Shown here: positions 50,372 through 63,435 of the stretch, piece by piece
Numbering within the stretch: position 1 is the stretch's first letter
Layout: each line of letters opens with the position of its first letter
Assembly (NCBI GenBank): GCA_973895155.1
Contig: OZ316891.1
Coordinates: 6,605,708 to 6,669,707, forward strand
Length of the DNA: 64,000 nt
Reading direction: 5' to 3'
Source: Marsupella aquatica
Taxonomy: Eukaryota > Plantae > Marchantiophyta
Notes under the pieces: generated by a model
What the model saw: the letters and a program-made list of their open reading frames with translations, nothing else
What the model was told of the DNA's origin: nothing
Database searches by the model: none
Translations under genes and position numbers: made by a program

Positions 50372-50827
50372 CGAACACGCTTGGAGCGGACGGATCACGA
50401 ACAGGAAAGCGTCACAGATGAGATTCCACGGAAGAACAGATAATTGAACGACACCGTGAGATTGGTTTGAAAAACTTTATCACCAAGACACTGAACATGA
50501 TCAACTTCTCTGGATCTTGAGAAACCACAACGGGGGGAGCATGCCCAAACGGCGTGCTATCAGCAGAAGGAACAAGAGTCCCACTAGAAGAGAGCGTTTA
50601 GAACGTTAAGGTGCTCCAAAAAGTATCAACGAAATATACCAAAACCAAACTTAAGTAGTGACAGCATTCGACCACTTCACGAGTGGCTCCGTAAACCTCG
50701 AAGGAGGGCGGATCAAGGAGTCGGGACCGGATGCGAGCGAGAAAGGAAACAGAACAAGGGAGCCGCGAAAGAACAGCCCAGGCTCCCGAGTTGATCACAT
50801 CACATGGCAGAAATCAGAAAGACATTT

Positions 50828-51361
50828 CTAAGCATCGTAACCACCGCTTCCGCGGCTATCCTGCCTCCAGCTCTTGTCACCATATCCTCCTCCGCCACCG
50901 CCTCCACCGCGGCTTCCTCCATATCCTCCTCCGTAGCCACCTCCTCCTCGGCCGCCAGTGCGTTCACCGCCGTAGCCACCACCGCCTCCTCCGTATGGAC
51001 GGCCTCCTCCCTCTCTGCTTTGGTATCCACCACCGCTTCCATAGCTACCACCGCCGCCGCCGCCTCCACTGCGAAACCCTCCCCCTCCGCCTCCACCGCT
51101 TCGAGACTGAGCCTGGTTGACCGTGATGTTTCGGCCATCGAGCTCCTTGCCATTCATGGCTTCGATGGCGTCCTTCATGGACTGCTCCTTCAAGAAGGTC
51201 ACAAAGCCGAATCCACGCGACCGGCCGGTATCCCGATCGTTGATGATCTTCGACTCCGTCACCTCGCCGAACTGCCTGAAGGCGTCCTCGAGGCTGTCAT
51301 CGTTGGTGGCCCAAGCAAGCCCTCCAACGAAGCACCTATACTCTTCAACTGCCGCCGCCAT
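50828..51361 (-). CDS. GRP: Glycine-rich RNA-binding protein (RRM + Gly-rich tail, GRP7/GRP8-like), 177 aa
   Basis: MAAAVEEYRCFVGGLAW (RNP2), RSRGFGFVTF (RNP1), NGKELDGRNITVNQAQSR, then GGGY repeats. TATATAA at ~51713-51707. Confidence 0.95.
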   Translation of the reverse strand: MAAAVEEYRCFVGGLAWATNDDSLEDAFRQFGEVTESKIINDRDTGRSRGFGFVTFLKEQSMKDAIEAMNGKELDGRNITVNQAQSRSGGGGGGGFRSGGGGGGGSYGSGGGYQSREGGGRPYGGGGGGYGGERTGGRGGGGYGGGYGGSRGGGGGGGGYGDKSWRQDSRGSGGYDA

Positions 51362-52064
51362 CGCCAAAGAACCTTCCAACAGAGAGCTCGATCGAGCGAC
51401 CAAACCCAACCTCAGAACTCGAAGCAGAAAACGAACCACACACACCCTCAAACAACACACTGCGAAAAGATCAAAAATCTCGAGCCCGTAACCGAGAACA
51501 GAACCGAAGTCCGATCGATCGACCGACCCGATTGCTTTGGAGTCTCAGGAGAGAGAGCTCTGCACCAATCTATCGACGAATTCGACCAAAACGTAGAGAA
51601 CCGAACAGAACCTATCGAACCGTAAGCGGAGCTGCGCGGGGGCAGCGGGGACCAGCGGCGGAAGGCTCTCGGGAAAGAGAGGCCGCTCTTAGGGTTACTC
51701 TCGCGCTTATATACCCGCGCCCGCTCGGACCCGACGCCCCCGCGCACGACGGCGGCCAGCCCCGTCGAGGCTGTGCGTCGCATTTTCATACAGTCCAAAT
51801 GATGCCGCTCCTGAAGGCCCGACGGCAACGGCGACGGCGACGGGCGCGGGGGAAGCCCGGTTGTCCTGATGCGAGGAACAACAACGATCACGATGACCTT
51901 TTAAAAAATCCTTTTACTGCGAGTATTTTAATCGGAAATTTTGCTTTGTTTGGGCCCGGCACAGCCCGCCTGTTTGCGGGACTGTAAAGTCGTGGCGGAC
52001 AATAATAATAGGTACATTCTGGGTTATAAACTGGTTCTTTTCTGTCCGGTATAGCCCTTGGCGC

Positions 52065-52701
52065 TCATGGAGAGTGAATTGTCATTACACTTGTGCACAC
52101 TTGAAAGGAAACTGGCTGGCCAATGTTATTAATGTCCAATTCAAGCTCTGTTTTCTTAGCCTGAGCAAGGCAGATCATTTCTGCTCGGGTCCAATTTCGC
52201 ACTCTCGGTCTCAATGATTGTTGACAGTCAGGAATGGAGAAAATAGTAGCAGCAGCAGGAGCATTGGCCATACTGCAAATTCATGACAATAAAAGCTCAC
52301 GGAGCCTTCTAAAGACAACACTTAGCGCAACATTCCCCGCTTGGCTCTACACTCCCCTCACGACACTCAGCCTGACACTCTCATTGTTGACCAGGTCTAA
52401 ACAAGGCATTCAGCTCAACACTCGACTCCCCGCTCGACACTCCCCGCTCGACACTCAACTTGTCACTTAGCTTGTGTTGCGAGGTGAAACATGTAAAAAA
52501 AGTTAAGTGCATAAGAATCTTGGCACTTAACTTTGTAGTTAAGTACTTGTGAACCTACAATCAGTAACTAGCAGTCATTATTGTTTTTAACTATTAATTT
52601 TAACTATGACAGCCATTTGAGCCGGTGGGAACCCTGCGCCTAGTTATCTTTTCAAATAACAGTATTAGTTTAAACATAACTTTAGGTGGGAACCCACCCT
52701 T
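52065..52701 (-). mobile_element. Probable PIF/Harbinger remnant (Myb/SANT-like exon plus terminus)
   Basis: RPRVRNWTRAEMICLAQAKKTE is Myb/trihelix-like; candidate terminus ggtgggaacccaccct followed by ta at ~52700. Confidence 0.35.
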
Positions 52702-53899
52702 ATGCAACTCACTGTAGATGTGTATTTTGGGTTCCTTTTCTAGAGCTTGGGGGTAACTGTTTTTTCTCTTCACAACATCTTTTGTTGCAAAACACTAGTA
52801 TTGAGCACAGGTCAAACTTCACTTTTACATGAACTTGGGAACAAATCAAGCTAAACCATTGAACTTTGCTTTACATGAATTTGGGAACACGATCAAGCAA
52901 AACCATTTTTATTTCTTTTCTAATCAAAATCATCGAACAGACCAAATTTCACTTTACATAAACTTGGAGACACAATCAAACTAAAACATTTCTGAACCTA
53001 GTCATCACTAAGTGAGCCCCTTGTGGATCCCTTTTTTAGCTGATATGTATTGTTTTTTTCCAAAACCGTAGAACCTCCTCTTGAGTTGTTCTAATCAACC
53101 GGAGCAAGTGGCTAGCCCCCACCGTCTTTAAAAGCCGCCCTTAGAGGTGCGAGGCCACCATCTACCGATATACTTTTGGAATGGACTTTTCCTAGGCCAT
53201 GAAGGTTTGTTCACATGTATGCAAAGGTGGCTTTACAAGATGACTGTGGCTCTTTTCCAGGAAAGAAATCTGGACGGACTTTTCTGGTTCTAAATATAGT
53301 GTTTGACCCTATTCGATAAATGCAAAAAGCTTGAGTGAAGGAGTCACTGGTTCTAAAGATAGAGTTTGACCCTATTCAATAAATGCAAAAGCTTGAGTGA
53401 AGGAGTCAAACTTGAACGAAAGAGTCAAAGTTTGAAATGGTTAAAGACCACCTTTAAAGATGGTCTATAAAAAATGAGCACTTCACTTTAGCATTTACTT
53501 TGGCCCATTGCTTTGCCACCTAAGATAGGTAAACAATGCCCTTACAGTAACTGAAGTAAAGCCAATCACAGCCGTTTTCACTCACTATATGGTGCAAATG
53601 TAGTCCCAAATAAACAGAAGGAATTGGCCCCTGCCTTCTTGCATGAGAATAGAAAACTAAGCATTAACTAATATAATGCCAGTTCCCTAATGTTTTCTTG
53701 TACACGGTGGGATGGGGCAGCAGTTTTTTTTGTGGGCATGCCAAAATGTTACTTGGAGAAAGGGCAGACAAATAATATTAAGGAAAGTAATCTAGGCCAT
53801 TGGCCACAATCAAATCCACCCCTGCAGGTAATCACACATCAAAATGTGGTGTGCACTCATTGAGTTAAAGAAAATAACGACCTTTATCATGGAATGGAG

Positions 53900-54960
53900 T
53901 GGGGGAGGGTTTCCAGAAAGTACGACACAAGTGACTACTGTACCTGTATGGTAGAACCAAACTTTGTGTCTTTCCTTACTGTTCCTCCACGCTTCTAGAG
54001 CTTATCACCACCGTGGCGAATTTTGAAAAACAAGGACCAAAATGGCTGGAGAGAAAATGAAAGAAAAAGATGTAGAATCTTGTGTCACCAAGGGACGAGT
54101 TGATAGCCAGTACCAAGAGTGTTTGTCTATATGTCTATTAGAGATTGAGTTTGGACACGGCTTCCAGGAAAGTTTGATGTGCTACCCAAACGATAGAAGT
54201 CGGTAATTAATTCAAGTTCTTTTTAACGCGAAAACATTTCTACTCGAATGTAGCAAATTGAAAACACAGAGTAGAGAGTTTCTGGCAGGTTGATGTTGGA
54301 TACGTGGATTTCAAGCAGAAGGCAATTTCGAGCCTGGGTTATACACTGCATTACGGTGCTTAACTGCAAATGTTGCAGGTGAGCTCCGACAAAGGCAGTG
54401 GCAAATGTTCGAGCTCTTCCAGTCACCCACTATGCTTGCCACTTCAACTTTCTACAATCAGCACCGATTAAGTAGGAGATCGTGCACACATATTGGGATT
54501 TTAAGGGTTAGCTCGCTGTTGCAACTGAATGTAAATTGTACAAAGTTATATCAGTCAAGTCATTGTCCGTGAAAAATTGAGAATGTTGAGGTGGATGAAA
54601 GATGGAATTCTAAGAACACCCGGACCAAGGAGTGGGTGGATTGGAAGATCAAAGTCGAGACAAGGGGAGTCGACAATCTCCAGTTGCATTACTTTGACGA
54701 CAAGTTGCAGCTGGACTTTGTGTGGATTGAGTACCAGCAATTTGTTCAGGAAGTCTAGAATTGTACATTTGAGAATGCCTATAACATGAAGGCAACTGGA
54801 GCTGTCACGACGCAGTTGAATCCAATCACCAACTGAAGCTGCCCCTGGACACTCGTCAGACTGGCCTATAACATCCATGCCTCTCTCTTTGTCCAAGATG
54901 GATGATCCCCACGGCATACCTACTCTCGTGGGAGCTTTAGAAGACATCAATGAAAGAACG
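53900..54960 (+). pseudogene. Degraded protein-coding remnant of unknown family
   Basis: Plus-strand frames give protein-like text broken by stops (LLELITTVANFEKQGPKWLERK; KIENVEVDERWNSKNTRTKEWVDWKIKVETRGVDNLQLHYFDDKLQLDFVWIEYQQFVQEV*). Candidate intron ~54203-54378. Confidence 0.3.
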
Positions 54961-57900
54961 AGACCCTCTTGAAGACATCGATTATAATCATTGACATTCT
55001 CAAGTGACAATCCTTCCTCAAACTTCTCATCCTTTGCATGAGCTGCTGAAACACACTGAGGATTGATCCACGGGTCTCAGTCTGGTAATGCCACTTTCCT
55101 TCATTTCTAAATCTTCAGTTGGCCTATGACGTATATTGAATCTTAGACTCTGGCAACAGGATGTGGAGATCATTGACTCCCTGCATATTCACCACACTTA
55201 GTGCATCCTACGAGTCAGAAAGACCAGAGCAACAGATTGAGGCCACTCCCGTCCTAGAACTGCCCATAAACCTTCAACCAGTCCTAGAACTGCCTATGAA
55301 CCTCCAACCAGGAAGAGATTGAAGCGCACCCAACGCAACACCAGAGAAATTGAGGCTCGAGCAAAGCAGCACTGCAAAGCTACGATTGAAAATTTTAATT
55401 AATTAAAAACTGCATCAACACATAGGGACATCTACTGTGTGCCCTTTTCTTTACCCAACAGACGGACTCTCATGTAACCCTTTGCCTTGCAGTGGAGTCG
55501 ACGGTAGCAAAGTGATCGGTTTCCACAGAACGGCGACGGCACGACGCGTGCAGTACTTGAACACGGGACCTGGCTAACAAACAAGCTCCTGCCTCTTTCC
55601 GGTCACGTCACCGACATGAATACCGTTTGCGGCAACGCCGAGGCCCTTTGGCCCAATTGGCCCCCGTTCGCGGTCGTGACGATGGAGATGAGGGAGAACC
55701 ATGATCGACGGCGGGAATTTGTGCAGGCAAGATCGGACCCTGGGATTGGGGTCGACTTGGTTCCGATCTCCCGACGTACGTGTTTCCCGGGTGGGACTAA
55801 AACGACCAGGCGGTGGGGGGACGGCAGGGTCTGCATGGAACCGACCGCGTTTTGATATGGAGGGGCACTGACTCCCCAATCCCCATTCCCCATTCCGCAG
55901 GTTTCGATTGGAAGGACATGACGTGGATGGACGGGTTCGAAGAGGGCAGATGTCACATGGGAGGCAATCCACAGTGTTTATTATTGTCTTTTACAATGTT
56001 GGGCACACCGCTGTGGACCACATTTTGGTGGTTATGGGAGTTTGGGGCTTATAACTTGACGTTTATCAGTCCTTAATTTAAAAAAAAAATTGTGCCTGCA
56101 AGAACTGGAGAAGGGGGAGACCTTCAAAAACACAGGCACAAATACTTTATATTCACGCCTTGAAAATTAATCTCATAGAAATTTCCCCTCTGTGTTCCAT
56201 GATCAATAACTCAACCAAAATGGTCAAAAATGTACTCTCGCTTGGATGGAAGTGTAGCTTAGTTACTACTCTAGCACATTGTTGAAACTAAAAAATATTA
56301 GAGATTACTAACATCAATTTATTTAATAAACTCAAATTTTGGGAAATGTGGTCCATAGGGGTTTTCAAAGAGCAATGTTGTGGTCAGTGGGAGCATCATT
56401 TTCTCAGATCCGGATGGTTGATTTTGATGAATAATAATGGAAACTTTTTTAAAAAAAAATATGGACGACCATGACAAGTTTGTTGCAAAATTCCTGTCTC
56501 CTTTTTGTGCCACATCATCAATTTCCACCACAAACATGAACAAAGACGCTTGCAGTAACAAAGACACAATGCATCATGTTTAATTGCTGCAATGCCACAA
56601 AAAAGGGTTAGACCCGAGATGTTCAAAACTTCAGAAATTTTAGAATTATCGTGCCCTATGACAAAGAGCAAGCTGGGGCAAAAAAGTAAACCATTTATGT
56701 ACTTTTCCTTTAAAAACAACAAGGAGCAACTCTAGATGTTAGATCTGATTGATCAATGATCAATAATTGACTGGATCCTATATAAACTGACAGTACTTTG
56801 AATTAGTCAGTTGTTCTTTTTGGGTTTTTGTGACGTTGTTTTTGAGCAATTGGGGTAGGTGAACATAGGTTTCTTAAGATGCATCAAAAGACTTTGTTAG
56901 TAACTTTGCAGTCTCAAGTCTATTTGGGCTGAGAGCTTTCCATTATTTTGTTGCCTAGATTGGGGAATTTCTTGCTAGATAAATTTATAGAAAATTTGGG
57001 TTCCCAAAACTTTCTAAAAACCCTCAAACCAGTCAGATGAATGAGATTGAAAGGAAAATAACTAAAAAGCACCAAAAAAATCAAGATTGGGGACAACATA
57101 AAATAACATAGTGCACTCATAAGAAATGGTGCCAAAATTGTGCCCATGTAATCCCGCATGTAATTCCTTCATGGCCCAAACCACATGTTTGTGGGGTTTT
57201 AACATGCCTTAGAAACAGTGTGGTTAAAACCCCACAAATAGTATACCTCTTGGGATATCTTTTGTTAGACATTTTCTCTTAGGTCTAGAGTCACGACTTC
57301 AGTCGTGATTAAGCTAACCTTAGTCACAGACTTGGTTGGGTTATTAGTCATTATGCACACTATATGCATAAGCACGTTGTTGCTTGTGAGGAGGAATTGA
57401 GGCTCGTTGTCTGGGAGCCAATTGAGAGACGGGTTGAGAGATAGGGAGAACTTGTATTATGGAGACTCAGTATGGTCGACTGGCCTATAGTACAATACAG
57501 CTCTTATGTGTTCTCATGAATGTAGCCTCACGTGAGGTGAAGCATATAATATTTCTTTGTGTCGACTACTTGTTTGTTAGATGGTTGTGGACATGTTGTT
57601 GTGAATATTGTCTTTGCTTGACAACTTTGACATGTTGTTGCAATCCTTTTATATAACTCCAAAGAGGTTTTATTTTGGAATGTCATTTCAGCTTGTAATG
57701 TAAGGAACAGTAGCTCTCCTTGTATGATTGGGGATTGAAGCTCCCTTGTATTCATGGTAACACAAATTGATAGACACATCATTGGAAACCAAAGTATGTC
57801 AAGGTAAACCAGCTCTAGCCACCTGGAGTGATGGTACTAAACCTTAAACTACGTCCATAATGTGACCACTCTAAACATGATTATGTTCTATACAAGTCCA

Positions 57901-58189
57901 TTGGACCTAGGAATAATATATTAGATTGCAAAATCTTGTAGTGATGGGCCCAAAAATGTCCCAGACCATTTAAACCCCAATTTAAGGAATACTGAAGTAT
58001 TAGATTAATTCCAATTTTATCTAAATATTATTAGTTAATGAATGATCAACCTCTTTAACATTTGGTGGGATAGTCAAAAACTTCAAAAGTTTTGTTGCAA
58101 GATCTTTATAACAATGCATCACTAAATGACATCAAGTACCTCTTGATCCATGCACAAACCCTTAATTAAACTATCATTCATTGTTTCAA

Positions 58190-58766
58190 TTGTCTATTTA
58201 ATTATTATAGGGTTGAATACAAAAAAGATTGACACGCACCAGGGTGCGTGACCTACAATCATAGTAAGTACCACCCTTTAATTAATTAGTTTCTTTACAA
58301 CAACTAATAGGATTGTTGTATATTACAATGTCTACTGGACATTCATTTGAATGTCAATAATATCATGCCTTAATATCACCAAACTAAGGGCCCACTAACT
58401 AATATTATATCTTAAATAAACTAACCAACTAACTAACTTGTCTATTTAATTACTATAGGGTTGAATACAAAAAAGATTGACACGCACCAGGGTGCGTGAC
58501 CTACAATTATAGTATCACCCTTTAATTAGTTAGTTTCTATTGCTTTGACTCAATCAGGCATGGAACCATATAAAATCAGAAATCATTGAAAGTTGAGTTC
58601 ACTTGAGGGTGTAACTATAATTATTATTTATTAATAGGATTGTTGTATATTACAATATCTACTGGACATTCATTTGAATGTCAATAATATCATGCCTTAA
58701 TATCACCAAACTAAGGCCCCACTAACTAATATTATATCTTAAATAAACTAACCAACTAACTAACTT
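58190..58766. repeat. Tandem duplication (~250-bp unit, second copy with an insert) downstream of transposase 2
   Basis: ttgtctatttaatta(t/c)tatagggttgaatacaaaaaagattgacacgcaccagggtgcgtgacc at 58190 and 58438. Confidence 0.8.
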
Positions 58767-58860
58767 AGACGATAAGACTTGTCTAAACTTGAGTTCTCTG
58801 GCTACTACTATTCTGAGTTGCCTTTTAAACTGTATGCTAAACTACATGCTTCATTACTGT

Positions 58861-61800
58861 CTAGGATTTGTCACTTGCTATGCATGTCAAGAGATAGTCT
58901 CTTGCCTTGACAGCAACATTCTTTGGAATTCCTACCAGCCCTGTCACTGGTCCTTTGCGTGCTTTGAAACACCACAAGGCAGAGGAAACATCTATTGTCT
59001 CAGCTTCCTTGTATATTGGAGATGGATCACGTTCCCATTTCTTATCCCAAGAATCTGCCCACCGCTCTCTTGGCTGCCAGTCTGATTGACCACGTTGCTT
59101 CTTTGCCATAAATGGTCTAAACCACTCAACGCCACATACATGAGTAAGAAGGTTTTGTTCATTCACTGGTCCTTCTACCACATCTGTAACAACTAACCCC
59201 ATATGGACGGGATAAACATCCAGGTCTGAGTCGTCCGGCCGTACCAACACATAACAGCCCTTCACAACATCAACCCTAGGGTTAAAACTCTCAGGAGGTT
59301 TATCTTTTGCTGGTCCCACATAATCCATTGTTGCCTCCAACTCACATGCCACATTTCGATATTCTGGTGGAACGTGCTCTCTCCATATTGATAAAGGCCA
59401 AAACCCGTATTCCAAGTTGTGTGCACCTTCAGGTTCATATTGCACCTGCTCACCCTGTAGAGTATCTACAATGTCATTCCAATAATTGATGAGAGTTGTC
59501 CAACGTCGCTTTGGTTCTTCCTCTTTTGTTTGCTTTAGAATAAACTCAAAGAATGACACATGCTTCTTCAACCCTGTCAGCACTTCAGGAAGCATTTTCA
59601 ACTCCATCATTGGTAGCCGTTTGGGCACCCCAATTGGGATGTGAGGACTTTTGTCATCTTTCCATGACCACATTTCAATACCTTCTTTGGGTAACCATCC
59701 CTGATCAGTTGACTTCATTTTGTATTGGAAGCATGGCATACTATCATGACGAACATAGAACCTAAACAGCCTGGGTTTTAAATGCCCCACCAATGCCTCA
59801 GGGCCCTTCAACATGAATGGAGCTAAGTAGTTTTTGAAATCTGGGACCTCCTATAGAAAATGTGGGACTGCATTGGGTGTCCTTGCTCTCATGAACAAGG
59901 ACATTAACTCAGGCAATGAGTATGTGGGGTTATGCATCATAGACTCTGAAAAATGCCCGAACATACCGTCAACATCCTCATGAGTGTGCCCAACCACCAT
60001 AAAACCAAGATGAACCTCTTCAAACACCTCCCTTGCCATCAACAATGACAAATAAGCCATCATATATCTGTTCTTGTTGTCTGAGGCACAATTATCCAGT
60101 TGTAGCTTCAATACTCGTGGAAGGGGCCTGAACTTTGGTGCCTCAGGTGCTGCATCACAATGTAACAATCTCAGAATGCTTTTAAATAAAACCCTAGTCA
60201 GACCCTAAACCCCAATTTAGGGTTTAGGGTTTAAACCCTATTAATGAAACCTTGGCTAGGAGGAGCAACAACTACACAAAGTAGAGTGTCAATGTGTGTG
60301 AGCTTATATTATTAAATAATAATAAATTAAAGGATTGTGAGTAAAGTACCTAGGCTTGAGATGTAGGCAATGTCATCCTCAAATGCTCTAAGGACACTTG
60401 CCTCCAAGATATCTGCTCTCCCAAAAAGGAGGTCTTTAAAAAGACTTGTCGAGTCTGGCCCCTCCACAAGTGATTTGATCATTGGATTTGGGTTTTCCAA
60501 CATCCTTAGTATTGAATCAATTGACCCAATAGTGATGTTGACATCACTTGGCCACACTCCAACATGATATTGGGCTATGGCCTTGGGACCATGACCATGA
60601 GTAAGGATACCAGTGACAGTAATTGGGAACTTTTGGGCACCATCCACATGCTTAGGATTGAAGGGCATTCTTGGGAGAGCTGTCTTTGAATGATCCATCT
60701 TATCATGAATAAGGCATAACACTTCCTTTGGACGATGGATGGACTCATATCTCCAGGTATGATGGATGGACTCATATCTCCAGGTATGATAGCACATTCT
60801 TTGCTGTGTGTGGTCTTGGTGATGTTCCTCCTCGTCACGCCTTAGGCCCTCTAACTCTTCCTTAGCTCCTATAAGGTTTGCTTTCCGTTGAAGCAACTCA
60901 CTACAAGTTGTACACTTTGAAAAGTTGTTGCCCTTTTTGTGACGTGAGAACTCCCTGAAATACATCTGATGTAGATGACTCAAGGTGGGTTGGGAAATTG
61001 GAGGAAGACCAGCCTCTTGGTTGACAACATTAACCCTGTTTCTAATATTCTCCCAAGTAAGATTTGTTGGCAATTCCCTCAAAACCATCCTTGTATTATC
61101 TGCCATGGTTCTCAACTTGGCTGGATGATGATCAACTGCCTCCTCAATAATCTCTTTCATTGACATGAACGCTTGAGATACTTTCTCGGACATACGCCTT
61201 TTTCCAGCATTACCATAGGTACCTATGTTCATTCCAGCCATCACAGTCTTCTTCAAGGCATAAAATTGAGTCTTTCCTCTTGAATGAATGATTCTCCATG
61301 CCTCCAAGCACAATACTTTGCCCTCCACTGCTAGAATCCTTTCTCCAGTACCCAAGTGTATTGTATTTTTAATAGCCTTGATTTCCTCCTCCTTGCGCTC
61401 CGCAAAGGTTTTGACCACCACTTTTGCCTAATTGCCATAGCCAAGTTGCGGTCCAAATATTGGCAACAATGTTCACTACAACAGTCCTTAGTGTTTATCA
61501 ACAACACATCTTGACGTGCCAAAGATGTGTCTCTTCTAGATGTCTGGGAAGATGGACTCTTTCTTTTCCTACTTTTATGGACGTAGGACCACTTGCCACT
61601 TGTTGGCGATGTGTTCCCTCCCACAGCTTGCCTGATGTTGTGGAAAGACAACAAGTTGCCATCCTTGGCAATGAGTTGGTCCATCGACCAAGCTTTTAAG
61701 CAATCTCTATGCTTCAGATGATCTATGGTAGCTCCCTGGACAAAATCGTTGATCAGAATTCCCACATGTGTATTCCCAAGGGTGACATCCCCAAGCTTCA

Positions 61801-62284
61801 CTATAGGATCTAGAACATGTATAGTTGCCACTGCAAAAATCAACTTGTTCTCATCCACCACCTTTACAGGCATGCCCATCCACAAGGCCTTTGGTAAAAC
61901 TACTTCCACACCAGACCGACTCTCATTATGGTTGTTCCCATCAGAATTTTGATTGACTGGATCTTGATCATCACCAACAGTGCCAAACACATCCTCCGAT
62001 TCCATGGGAGCTCGAAAAAGCTAATTCCTTTCCCATACAAGGTAACCCCCAATCATGTCCTTCAAAAGTTCGCCATCTTCGCATAGAATGGTCTCGTCAA
62101 AAACTTCCTCCAATAGAAGAAGAACTCTGTCCGCCCCAAGAGGAATATTGTGACAAACCCTGGAAGGATCAAGACTTATCACGCAACCTTTTCCAACCTG
62201 TTTCTCACATATGCCTATAATAACTTGTCCGCCTTCCCTGATCCAGACTGTCGATGTCACCATAATAATTATGATCCTGCACAT
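58861..62284 (-). pseudogene. Second, divergent Sola-like (DUF7869-type) DDD transposase
   Basis: DCCSEHCCQ, LCLEAWRII, FSKCTTC, CLIHDKMDHSKT, LKLQLDNCASDNKNRY, FMVVGHTHEDVDGMFG. Frameshift ~61420, probable intron ~60350-60170, TAG at 59853-59851 in frame with ORF 59814-58861, and a 27-bp duplication (HTWRYESIH twice). Confidence 0.8.
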
Positions 62285-62289
62285 CAGAG

Positions 62290-63120
62290 AATATCACTGT
62301 AAGCGTACAGTCCTGTCACGTCCGTCAATTTCACTGCACTATTCTGTCACGTCGGTCAATAAGCAGAATATAGTCAATGCACTGCGCTGCACGCGACTGG
62401 TCGCGTGACCCTAGAGGTACCACACATACCGGCAACAGACTATGCATGGTCCGTCAATCATGTCAAATGAATGAGAATGACCACAATCGATTACGATCAA
62501 TCATTTCACATCCACTCAGAACAAATGAGTGGACAATCAGTAACTACTGAGGACAGTAGTGCTAATAAGCGCCAGTAAAACGTCCGTGAACTGCATTGTC
62601 CTGTCACAACCATCAAGAAGTAGGCAGAATGTAGTCAATGCATTGCCCTGCATGCGACTAGTCGCGTGACCTTAGTCAGAGGGTGTAGGGATAACAGGGT
62701 CTACGACGTAGAAGCTAGAAGGCTAGGCCCAAACTCTAGCTCATACTTGGTACTTCATAAGTAAGATACGATTGCGCGTGAGACAGGAAGATACAACTAC
62801 GGATCTAAAGGCATGTCGCGTGACCTTAGTCAGAGGGTACAGGGTCTACGACGTAGAAGCTAGAAGGCTAGGCCCAAACTCTAGCTCGTAATTGGTACTT
62901 CATAAGTAAGATACGATTGCGCGCGAGACAGGAAGATACAATTACGGATCTAAAGGCATCACACATATCGGTAAAGATAATGCATGGTCCGTCAGTCATT
63001 TCAAGTGAATGAGAACGACTACAATCGATTACGAACAATCATTTCAACTCCACTCAGGAAAAATGAGTGGACAGTACCAGTTTACCAATGAGTGGACACC
63101 GGACAGTCAGTAACTACTGA
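62290..63120. repeat. Nested direct repeats between transposase 2 and the divergent ORF
   Basis: gtcgcgtgaccttagtcagaggg... at 62661 and 62816 (~155-bp unit); gcagaat(a/g)tagtcaatgca at 62363/62624; tgcatggtccgtca at 62443/62981. Confidence 0.75.
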
Positions 63121-63435
63121 CCTTCATAAGAAATCTCAGTACTTCACTAGCAATCAGTATTCCCGGGGCGGTCGCCAAACGTGAAATTAAAGCCATAATT
63201 AGAGGACAACTGAACTTCCCGCCAATTCTAATACGCGCCAGTCAAACGCGCACCCTCTTCTAGAAACCACTATGTACAATGACTAGTGGAGACTAAACAA
63301 TATAAAGCATTGAGATGATCCCTATTGCTCATTCCCCCACGCATTCCACTTTCTGGCTACTGGATAATCTATTCGTACATCAGCTCTCTCATTTCCAATT
63401 CTTAGTCTTGGTCAGCATCTCTTGTTTGAAGGGCG

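Noticed and set aside
50731-51625. Plus-strand ORFs of 273, 129 and 124 aa, and the upstream extension of the GRP ORF to 51460
   Set aside because: Antisense shadows of the GC-rich GRP CDS. The real start is the ATG at 51361, just before the RRM.
55480-56076. GC-rich island with overlapping ORFs
   Set aside because: No recognisable motif or consistent exon structure; cannot be assigned without a search.
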